Shown here: positions 9,031-16,670 of the stretch, piece after piece
How the letters are laid out: each line of letters opens with the position of its first letter
Numbering within the stretch: the stretch's first letter is position 1
Origin: an uncultured Spirochaetota bacterium
Lineage (GTDB): Bacteria; Spirochaetota; Spirochaetia; SZUA-6; CAVTHK01
Direction of reading: 5' to 3'
NCBI GenBank assembly: GCA_963734495.1
Contig: CAVTHK010000007.1
Coordinates: forward strand, 128,001-192,000
Length of the DNA: 64,000 bases
The notes under the pieces: generated by a model
Seen by the model: only the letters and a program-made list of their open reading frames with translations
The model's database searches: none
What the model was told of the DNA's origin: nothing
Translations under genes and position numbers: made by a program

Positions 9031-10135
9031 TTCGCCCTACCTTGCCGAGCAACCGTCGCCGCCGCCGCTCGGCGTCGTCGCGCCGCAGCTCGACGACCTC
9101 GTCCCACGCCGAGTCCAGCCAGGCGAGGGCGCGCTCGGGCGTGCGCAGCTTGTGCTCCGCGTACTTTGCCAGCTCCACCGCCGCATAGGCGCTGCGGCTC
9201 GCGACCATCCGTTCCCACACATCGACCGCGCTGTCCCAGTCGCGTCGCCGCTTGTAGTGCTGCCCGAGCAGGCGCCCCGCCTGCGCGTCGCCCGCCTCGA
9301 GGCCTCGGCGCAGCATCTCGACGCCGCGCTCCTCTCCCCGCTCGAGGAGCCACGCGCCGAGCGCGGTGACGTCCACGCCCTCGGGTTCGAGACGCCCCTC
9401 GGCCAGCGCCTCGATGTGGCCGACCAGACGCACCATGGCGAGAAGGTCCAGCCGGTTGTGCTCGAACACCAGGGGCATGCGCCCCGGCTCCGACCGTCGC
9501 AGGTACTCGAAGTAGGCGTCGGGCACCTCGGCGCCCGGGATGTCATCGACGCGCTCCAGGCCGAGCACGGCCTCCCCCACCGCCGCCAGGCTGCACTCCG
9601 GCAGCACCCTGCGCCATAGCCTGCGGGCGGGGTACAGCAGGTCGATCTGGTCCGAGAACGACACCTCCAGGCCGACCAGCGCGAAACGGGAGCGCAGCAG
9701 GTACGAGTCGAACCCCTTGCCGTTGTACGACACCAGCGTCCGGGCCTGCCCGCCGAGCCGGTCCGCGAGGGCCTCGAGAAACTCGGGCTCGCCCGGGAAA
9801 TCCGAGAGGAACAACTGTTCCATCTCGACCTCGTCCCCATCGGTCGTGGCCAGACCGATCAGGAACGCCAGGGTTCCCGCGCCTCCGGACAGGCCCGTCG
9901 TTTCCGTGTCGTAGAACAGGAGGTCGCCTGCGCTTCGCTCGCGGCGCAGAGCCCGCAGTCGAAGGTCGCCCGGCAGCCCTCCAGGGACCCGCTCGACGCG
10001 TCGCCAGGTCCACTGCCCGATCCGCTCCCACTCCTCCCCCGGCGGGCAGAGCGATGGGACGGCGGGTGCCCGCCGCGGAGCGGGCGCGGACCTGGCGACG
10101 AGGTACCCGAGCCTGCGGGCCAGGCTGTCGCTCAC
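9023..10135 (-). CDS. mrfB: YprB/MrfB-like RNase H-fold (DEDDh) exonuclease with C-terminal TPR
   Basis: FYDTETTGLSGGAG, SYNGKGFD, HNRLD; C-terminal helical ELAKYAEHK. Confidence 0.85.
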   Translation of the reverse strand: MSDSLARRLGYLVARSAPAPRRAPAVPSLCPPGEEWERIGQWTWRRVERVPGGLPGDLRLRALRRERSAGDLLFYDTETTGLSGGAGTLAFLIGLATTDGDEVEMEQLFLSDFPGEPEFLEALADRLGGQARTLVSYNGKGFDSYLLRSRFALVGLEVSFSDQIDLLYPARRLWRRVLPECSLAAVGEAVLGLERVDDIPGAEVPDAYFEYLRRSEPGRMPLVFEHNRLDLLAMVRLVGHIEALAEGRLEPEGVDVTALGAWLLERGEERGVEMLRRGLEAGDAQAGRLLGQHYKRRRDWDSAVDVWERMVASRSAYAAVELAKYAEHKLRTPERALAWLDSAWDEVVELRRDDAERRRRRLLGKVGRSG

Positions 10136-12423
10136 CTTGCCGCTCCCAGCAGGGCGCCGAGGAATTCGCGCAGCCCCTGCTTCAGGCTCTCCCCCTCGTC
10201 AGCCTCGGGGGGGCCGATGCACGAAGGGCAGCCGTCGCGGCACGGGCAGCTCCCGACGACCTCGAGGCACGCCGCGAGGATCGCGTCGAAGCTCTTCTGG
10301 AAGCCCTCCGCGAGCCCCGTCCCGCCCGGGTAGACGTCGTACACAAAGAGGCAGGGCTCGGCGAGCTCGGGGTCGCGCAGCCTCTCCGCCATGCCGATGT
10401 CGCGCGGGTCGCAGAGGAGAAAGACCGGCGCCACGTTCTGCACGACGTACCCCAGCCTCCGCATGAGCGCACCCTGGCGCTCCTCGGGAAGCCCGGCGAA
10501 CAGCGCGCCCGACTTGAGGCGCGCCGGGAACACCAGCACGATGCTGCGCGTATGCATCTCGTCTTCGGGAAGGCTGATCTCGCCGTACCCGATGTTCTCG
10601 TGCGTCCTGAACTTCAGCTTCTTGAACTTGGTTACGACGCTGCGCACGAGGATGTCGCCGATGACGAGCTCCACCCCCAGCCGCTCCTCGGCCTGGTCGC
10701 GGTGCAGGAGCTTGATGTCGCTCTTCACGATGGAGTCGGTGTAGTAGTTGACGCGCGACTCCTCGACCGTGCACCGGCGGTTGGCGAGATCGAGCTGCTT
10801 GACCACGTACTGCTCGCCCATGTGGATGTAGATCGCGTTCTCGTACAGTTGCCGCTTGGCCCCCCACAGGTCCATCTCGCCGATCACCTGGTCGCGGCCT
10901 CCGGTGGAATCGATGATGATCACGTTCTCGGGCGTGCTCGTGCGCAGGCTGACTTTTTCCGCCGGGTAGGACCGGTCGGACCAGTACCACTTGTCCCGCG
11001 AGAGGCGCACGACCCCGGCCTCCTCGAGGTGCGCGAGCAGAGGCGCCATCTCCTGCTGGGAGCGCTCCCCGTCGCTCCACGGCAGCTCGAAGACCGCGCA
11101 CTTGAGCTGGTCGAGCACGATGTACACGTTGTCCGGGTCGATCCAGCCCGATTCCGGGGACTGCGCGAAGAAGTACTCGGGATGGCTGATGATGTACTGG
11201 TCGAGCGGCGACGCCGAGGCGATCAGCACCGAGAGGCTCACGGAGCTGCGCCGCCCCGCGCGGCCGGCCTGCTGCCAGGCCGAAGCGAACGATCCCGGGA
11301 ACCCGGCCAGGATCGACGCGTCGAGCCCGCCGATATCGATGCCGAGCTCGAGGGCGTTCGTCGATACCACGCCGTCGATCGTCCCCTCGCGCAGCCCGCG
11401 CTCGATGCTCCGCCTCTCGTTCGGCAGGTACCCGCCCCGGTAGGAGGCCACGTGCAGGCCGTAGTCGTCGGTGTAGAAGTTGCGCAGGCTCTCGCGGATG
11501 TAGGAGGCGATCAGCTCCGTGCGGATGCGGGAGCGGGCGAACACGATGGTCTTGACGCCGCTCCTGATCAGGCGGCTCGCGAGGGCCTGCGACTCGAGCA
11601 CCGTCCCGCGCCGGATGCCCTGCACGGGGTCGACGAGCGGCGGGTTGTAGAGCACGAAGTGGCGCGCGCCCGACGGGGCGCCGTTCTCGTCTACGAGCGC
11701 GGTCTCCCGCTCGATGATGCGCTCGGCGAGCTCGCGAGGGTTGCCGATCGTCGCCGAGCAGCAGATGAACACGGGATCCGAGCCGTAGAACGCCAGCACC
11801 CGCTTGAGCCGGCGGACGAGGTTGGCGAGGTGCGAGCCGAAGACTCCGCGATAGGTGTGCACCTCGTCGATGACGACGAAGCGCAGCGCCTTGAGGAACT
11901 TGATCCACTTGGGGTGATTGGGGAGGATCCCGGAGTGCAGCATGTCCGGGTTGGTGATCACGATCTGGCCCTGGTCGCGCGCGGACATCCGGATCGAGGC
12001 CGGCGTGTCGCCGTCGTAGGTAAAGACGCGCAGCCCGAGCTCGCCAAAGAGCACCATCTCGTTCAGCTCGGACTGCTGATCCTGGGAGAGCGCCTTGGTC
12101 GGGAAGAGGTACATCGCCCGCGCGTCGGGCCGCTCGAGAAGGGTCTGCAGCACAGGAAGGTTGTAGGAGAGCGTCTTGCCCGAAGCGGTCGGGGTGACGA
12201 CGACGATGCTGCGGCCGGCGCGGACATGGTCGTAACAGGAAGCCTGGTGGCTGTAGAGTCTCCTGATGCCGTGTCGCTCCAGCGATTCGCGGAGGCGGGG
12301 GTCGAGATCCCGCGGGAAGTCCGCGTAGCGCCCCGACCGCGCCGGAATGGTCTCCCAGTGGGAGACATTGGCCATGAATCGCGGATCCCTGCGCAGGGAT
12401 TCCACGACTTCTTCGAGCACCAA
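10132..12423 (-). CDS. mrfA: YprA/MrfA/Hrq1-family SF2 helicase with DUF1998 Zn domain
   Basis: TPTASGKT, DEVH, SATIGNP, STNALELGIDIG, QQAGRAGR; C-terminal CPCRDGCPSC. Confidence 0.92.
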   Translation of the reverse strand: MVLEEVVESLRRDPRFMANVSHWETIPARSGRYADFPRDLDPRLRESLERHGIRRLYSHQASCYDHVRAGRSIVVVTPTASGKTLSYNLPVLQTLLERPDARAMYLFPTKALSQDQQSELNEMVLFGELGLRVFTYDGDTPASIRMSARDQGQIVITNPDMLHSGILPNHPKWIKFLKALRFVVIDEVHTYRGVFGSHLANLVRRLKRVLAFYGSDPVFICCSATIGNPRELAERIIERETALVDENGAPSGARHFVLYNPPLVDPVQGIRRGTVLESQALASRLIRSGVKTIVFARSRIRTELIASYIRESLRNFYTDDYGLHVASYRGGYLPNERRSIERGLREGTIDGVVSTNALELGIDIGGLDASILAGFPGSFASAWQQAGRAGRRSSVSLSVLIASASPLDQYIISHPEYFFAQSPESGWIDPDNVYIVLDQLKCAVFELPWSDGERSQQEMAPLLAHLEEAGVVRLSRDKWYWSDRSYPAEKVSLRTSTPENVIIIDSTGGRDQVIGEMDLWGAKRQLYENAIYIHMGEQYVVKQLDLANRRCTVEESRVNYYTDSIVKSDIKLLHRDQAEERLGVELVIGDILVRSVVTKFKKLKFRTHENIGYGEISLPEDEMHTRSIVLVFPARLKSGALFAGLPEERQGALMRRLGYVVQNVAPVFLLCDPRDIGMAERLRDPELAEPCLFVYDVYPGGTGLAEGFQKSFDAILAACLEVVGSCPCRDGCPSCIGPPEADEGESLKQGLREFLGALLGAAR

Positions 12424-12450
12424 CAGCCCCCTCCCAGCCGCAGGTTGTTG

Positions 12451-12480
12451 TTGACCGGTTTTTGGATTATAGCATAGAAT
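12451..12480 (+). promoter_or_regulatory. sigma70-type promoter for the glgC operon
   Basis: TTGACC-18 nt-TAGAAT, then GGAGG and TTG at 12504. Confidence 0.55.
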
Positions 12481-12503
12481 CTTCCGACGGAGGCAAGCCC
12501 CGT

Positions 12504-13769
12504 TTGGAAGTCCTTTCGATCATCCTCGGCGGCGGCAAGGGCACGCGCCTGTACCCGCTGACCAAGGAGCGGGCCAAGCCGGCCGTGCCGTTCGCGGGCA
12601 AGTACCGCCTCGTCGACATTCCGATTTCCAACAGCATCAACTCGGGCCTGAGGCACATCTACGTGCTCACTCAGTACAACTCGGTGTCGCTGCACAGCCA
12701 CATCGCGCAGACCTTCGTCTTCGACTCCTTTAGCGGGGGGTTCGTCCAGATCCTGGCCGCCCAGCAGACTCTCGACCATTCCGACTGGTACGGCGGCAAC
12801 GCCGACGCCGTCCGGCACAACATGACGCACTTCCACGGTCACCGGCCTGACCACTTTCTCATCCTCTCCGGCGACCAGCTCTACCGCATGGACCTGGCCC
12901 GACTCCTCAAGGCGCACGTCGAAAGCGGCGCCGACGTCACGCTCGCGGCCAAGCCGGTCCCTCGCCAGAGGGCGGCAAACATGGGGATCCTCGCGTGCGA
13001 CGCCACCGGTCGCGTCGTGGATTTCCGCGAGAAGCCCGGCGAGGACGACGACATCGAACACCTGCGCGCGCCGGCCAAGCTGCTCGAGGGGCAGAAGCAG
13101 GCGCCTTTCCTGGCCTCGATGGGGATCTACGTCTTCCGCTACGGCCGGCTGAGGCAGGCCATCGACAACGCGATGGCGGACTTCGGGAGCCAGGTGATAC
13201 CCGCGTGCATCCGCAGCATGAACGTGCGGGCCTACGTGTTCAGCGGGTACTGGGAGGACATGGGGACCATCGCCAGCTTCTACGACGTCAACATGAGCCT
13301 CACTTCGCCCAACCCGCCGTTCGAGTTCTACGACAGCGATCGGCCGCTGTACACGGTGAGGCGCAACCTGCCGTCCACTCGCATCTACGGGAGCTCGATC
13401 GAGCGCTCGCTGGCGGCCGACGGATCGATCATCGACCACGCCCGGCTCGCCGACTCGCTGATCGGAATCCGCGGCGTCATCGGGCCCGACGTCGACCTCG
13501 AGGGCGTCTACTGCATGGGCGCGGATTACTACGAGCGGGCGGAGGACCGCGCCGAGAACCGCAAGGCCGGCGTTCCCGACATCGGGATCGGGCGAGGCGT
13601 CAGGATCCGCAAGGCGATCCTGGACAAGAACGTCCGCATCGGCGACGGAGTGCGCATCGGCGTCGACGAGCGCCCGCGGTCCGACGGCGACTACGAGGGG
13701 TACTCCGTGCGCGGCGGCATCATCATCGTGCCCAAGAACGCCGCGATCCCTCCCGGCACGGTGATATGA
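12504..13769 (+). CDS. glgC: Glucose-1-phosphate adenylyltransferase
   Basis: ILGGGKGTRLYPLTKERAKPAVPFAGKYRLVDIPISN, LSGDQLYRMD, FREKP, ASMGIYVF, GYWEDMGT. Confidence 0.96.
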   Translation: MEVLSIILGGGKGTRLYPLTKERAKPAVPFAGKYRLVDIPISNSINSGLRHIYVLTQYNSVSLHSHIAQTFVFDSFSGGFVQILAAQQTLDHSDWYGGNADAVRHNMTHFHGHRPDHFLILSGDQLYRMDLARLLKAHVESGADVTLAAKPVPRQRAANMGILACDATGRVVDFREKPGEDDDIEHLRAPAKLLEGQKQAPFLASMGIYVFRYGRLRQAIDNAMADFGSQVIPACIRSMNVRAYVFSGYWEDMGTIASFYDVNMSLTSPNPPFEFYDSDRPLYTVRRNLPSTRIYGSSIERSLAADGSIIDHARLADSLIGIRGVIGPDVDLEGVYCMGADYYERAEDRAENRKAGVPDIGIGRGVRIRKAILDKNVRIGDGVRIGVDERPRSDGDYEGYSVRGGIIIVPKNAAIPPGTVI

Positions 13770-15109
13770 AGGACGCTCCCGTGAGCGAGCGGAACAGGAT
13801 CCTGCGGCACCTGGACGAGGACTACACGCGGCCGTACCGGGATCCGATCTGGCAGCACATCTACCTCTCCGAGCCGCTGCTGGCGGTCACGGCGACTCTC
13901 CCCTTCCAGAAGCTCACCCGGATCAAGCAGCTCGGGCCGACCTACCTTGTTTACCCGGGGGCGACTCATACGCGCTTCAGCCACAGCCTGGGCGTCTTCA
14001 ACCTGGCCAGGCGCATGATCACGCAGCTCGTCAAGAAGGACCAGTCCGGGACGCACACGCTCGACGGCGTCAAGGCCTTTCTCTGCGCGGCGCTGCTCCA
14101 CGACCTCGGCCACTACCCGTTCGCCCATTCGCTCAAGGACCTCGCGGTCAAGCCGCATGAGCAGCTCACGGGCGAAACCATCCTCACACGGCCGGAGATC
14201 GCCCGGACCATCGAGGAGGAGCTGCGCGTCCCCGCGTCCTGGGTCGCCGCGATCGTGGACCAGAGGCTGTCGTGCCGGGCGACGGTGCCCATCCCGCTCT
14301 ACCGCAACCTGCTTTCCGGCGTCCTCGACCCGGACAAGCTGGACTACCTGAACAGGGACGCCTATTTTTGCGGGGTGCCTTACGGCGTGCAGGATATCGA
14401 CTACATCTTCGACCAGATATGCCCCCACCCCGAAAAAGGGCTCGCCGTCTCGCGCCAGGGCCTGGGGTCCGTGGAGAGCGTCCTGTTCGCGAAGTACCTC
14501 ATGTATCGCAACGTGTACTGGCATCGCACGGTGAGGGTGATCACCGCCATGATCAAGAAGGCGATCCTGATGGGTCTGTCGACCCGCGTCATCGGCCCCG
14601 CCAGCCTCTATGGGATAGACGACAGCGAGTTTCTCGCCATGATGTCGTCGGCCTCGTACCCGCCGTTCGAGCTGGCCCGCATGGCGTTCAGCAGGCGCTT
14701 GTACCGCGTCGTGGCCCGCGCGCCCTTCGTGCCATCGAGCCCCTTCCATGCCGGCCTCGAAAAGCTCGAACTGAGGCTGGAGTACGAGGCCTCCCTCGCC
14801 GCGGCCGTGACGCGTGCGGTCGGCCGCGAGGTCATGCCCGAGGAAATCATCATCGACGTGCCGGAGAGGCAGTCCTTCGAGATCGATCTTCCCGTCAGGG
14901 ACGAGGGGGACTGGGTGCCCTACGAGCGGTCAGGCACCGTATTCAGCGAAGCGGTCGTGCAGGGCTTTTCCGGCTCGCTGCGCTACCTGGCCCTGCTCTG
15001 CTCCGACCGCGACGACGTCGCGTCCGCTCTCGCGGCGCTGCAGCCCCTTTCCCCGGATCGGCGCGACTTCGTCGCCGAGCCGGCCGGGCCGCAGGGGGAA
15101 CCGGCTTGA
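13766..15109 (+). CDS. HD-domain phosphohydrolase (YwfO/SAMHD1-like dNTP triphosphohydrolase family)
   Basis: RIKQLG..VYPGATHTRFSHSLG, LLHDLGHYPFAH, DPDKLDYLNRDA; ATGA overlap with the glgC stop. Confidence 0.88.
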   Translation: MKDAPVSERNRILRHLDEDYTRPYRDPIWQHIYLSEPLLAVTATLPFQKLTRIKQLGPTYLVYPGATHTRFSHSLGVFNLARRMITQLVKKDQSGTHTLDGVKAFLCAALLHDLGHYPFAHSLKDLAVKPHEQLTGETILTRPEIARTIEEELRVPASWVAAIVDQRLSCRATVPIPLYRNLLSGVLDPDKLDYLNRDAYFCGVPYGVQDIDYIFDQICPHPEKGLAVSRQGLGSVESVLFAKYLMYRNVYWHRTVRVITAMIKKAILMGLSTRVIGPASLYGIDDSEFLAMMSSASYPPFELARMAFSRRLYRVVARAPFVPSSPFHAGLEKLELRLEYEASLAAAVTRAVGREVMPEEIIIDVPERQSFEIDLPVRDEGDWVPYERSGTVFSEAVVQGFSGSLRYLALLCSDRDDVASALAALQPLSPDRRDFVAEPAGPQGEPA

Positions 15110-15561
15110 CCCGCAGGCAGAAGGTGATGCAGGAGCGGATCCGCCGGGTCCGCTTGCTGTTCCGAGAAGCCGGCTACCGCACCAGCGGGGCGGAGCAGTC
15201 GGACGAATCCTACAGCGCGACGTTCACGGGGCCCAAGGGGGCCGAGGGCGGCCTGTTCATCGACAGGGACAGCCGGTTCCTGGAAATCGGCTACACGTTC
15301 TCGTTTTCACCGTCGCTCTCGGAGTTCGTCAAGGAGCGGCTGGAAGAGATCATGCGGGTGGCCTACGAATACGGCTGCTACCCGAATATCGTGGCCGGCA
15401 AAGGGGAGATCGTGCTCTCGGTCTTCAGCAAGATCTATTTCTCGGGCCTGAACTACTACTCGCTGCGCGACAGCCTGCTCGACTTCAATCAGTGCGTCGA
15501 AGCCATCACCGACATCGTGGACATCGAGCACCGCGACGCGGAGGCCGGACAGTCCGAGTGA
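15106..15561 (+). CDS. Hypothetical protein, possibly YbjN/chaperone-like fold
   Basis: Overlaps the HD gene stop (TTGA; alternative ATG at 15127); typical codon usage. Fold guess is inference only. Confidence 0.65.
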   Translation: MTRRQKVMQERIRRVRLLFREAGYRTSGAEQSDESYSATFTGPKGAEGGLFIDRDSRFLEIGYTFSFSPSLSEFVKERLEEIMRVAYEYGCYPNIVAGKGEIVLSVFSKIYFSGLNYYSLRDSLLDFNQCVEAITDIVDIEHRDAEAGQSE

Positions 15562-15571
15562 GGGGGGACGG

Positions 15572-15799
15572 CTACCTCGCGGCTTTCAGCAGCGTGCGGA
15601 GGCCGCGGGCGCTGACCCGGATCCTCCGCTTGATGCCGTCGATGTAGACGGTCTTCTTGTGAAGGTTGACCTTGAACTTGCGGTGCGTGGTCACGCCAAT
15701 GTGCTGGCCGGCGCCGCCCTTCTTCTTCAACATACCCTTGCGCGGGACGTTGTGTCCGAATCGGGTCTTCTTGCCCGTGATCTCGCAGGTTCTGCCCAT
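15572..15799 (-). CDS. rpmB: 50S ribosomal protein L28
   Basis: MGRTCEITGKKTRFGHNVPRKG...TTHRKFKVNL...IRVSARGLRTL. Confidence 0.93.
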   Translation of the reverse strand: MGRTCEITGKKTRFGHNVPRKGMLKKKGGAGQHIGVTTHRKFKVNLHKKTVYIDGIKRRIRVSARGLRTLLKAAR

Positions 15800-15833
15800 C
15801 AATGTGCTCCCGTGTAAAGTCAGACGGCGGCTG

Positions 15834-15862
15834 AACCTACCGTTTTGCCGCGAAAAAGTCAA
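15834..15862 (-). promoter_or_regulatory. sigma70-type promoter for rpmB
   Basis: Minus strand TTGACT-17 nt-TAGGTT. Confidence 0.6.
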
Positions 15863-16201
15863 GGACAGGGACGTCCTTGCCCGGCACAGCCATGCGCCCT
15901 GGTCCGGCGTACTCGCCGGAGAGGGCGATAGTGCCGGGCTGGAACACGGATGTTCTTGCCCGGGCGCGCCAGGGATGGCGTGGCGCCCAGGCTGGGACAG
16001 GGATGTCCATGTCGGCCTCGGGCGAGCGGGTCCCCCGCGAGTACGCGGGGCCAAAGCGCCTGCGCTCAGCCCGGGGCTTCCGACATCCGTGTCGGCCTCG
16101 GGCGAGCGGGTCCCCCGCGAGTACGCGGGGCCAAAGCGCCTGCGCTCAGCCCGGGGCTTCCGACATCCGTGTCGGCCCCGGGCGAGCACATCCCTGTGCT
16201 C
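15861..16201. repeat. Composite palindromic repeat region: GAGTAC-loop units plus seven C-ANGGAN-G hairpins
   Basis: Plus-strand hairpins at 15861, 15942, 15965 and 15995; minus-strand at 16080, 16160 and 16184; GAGTAC hairpins at 15903 (-), 16033 (+) and 16113 (+). Confidence 0.8.
16010..16187. repeat. 80-bp tandem repeat, 2.2 copies
   Basis: 16010-16089 is identical to 16090-16169; a partial third copy 16170-16187 has one mismatch. Confidence 0.95.
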
Positions 16202-16487
16202 AGTAGTGCTCGGAGAGGATCTTCGCGTCGCTCACCCGGCCCGGGATGTTGTTCTCCACGAAATGAAGGATGCGGTTCATGACCTGCTCCCCCAGCTTGC
16301 GCGAGTTGGAGACGTACGCCGCTCCCAGCTCGGCGAACGACAGCGACTCCTGAAGGTCGACCTCGGCGATCGCCACGCGGAAGCGGTTGCGGATCTTTTC
16401 CTTGAGGCTCGACACCACCTGGCGCTTGTCCTTGAGCGAAGTGCTGCCGGGGATCTCGATGATGACGCGAATCAGGGAAACGACCAT
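16200..16487 (-). CDS. DUF503 (YlxP) family protein
   Basis: SLKDKRQVVSSLKEKIRNRFRVAIAEVDLQE motif. Confidence 0.88.
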   Translation of the reverse strand: MVVSLIRVIIEIPGSTSLKDKRQVVSSLKEKIRNRFRVAIAEVDLQESLSFAELGAAYVSNSRKLGEQVMNRILHFVENNIPGRVSDAKILSEHY

Positions 16488-16670
16488 GCAGCGACCTCAC
16501 CCGCAGGCGCGGCGGCCGAAGAGCCGCGCCCCTCGGCTCGAGTCTGCGCGGCCGCCGCACTGAGGCGCGGATCCGTGGCTCGAGCCGATTTCGTCTGGAT
16601 AGGGGGCCCCGCATGTGGCAATATACACCGTAGTTCGCCCGTTGATCACGCGAAACCGGCGAGAGGCTCG

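Noticed and set aside
10132-12423. DISARM/Druantia-type defence helicase (DUF1998)
   Set aside because: Architecture and the adjacent YprB-like exonuclease match the MrfAB repair pair; no methylase or other defence genes nearby.
10054-12477. Long antisense/shadow ORFs (e.g. 295..1974, 10054..12477, 21570..23726, 53382..55421, 61750..63510)
   Set aside because: They lie opposite or overlap well-supported genes, have Arg/Ala/Pro-rich composition, and are expected from stop-codon scarcity at high GC.
16010-16187. CRISPR array
   Set aside because: The units are identical over the full 80 bp with no unique spacers, and there are no cas genes in the window.
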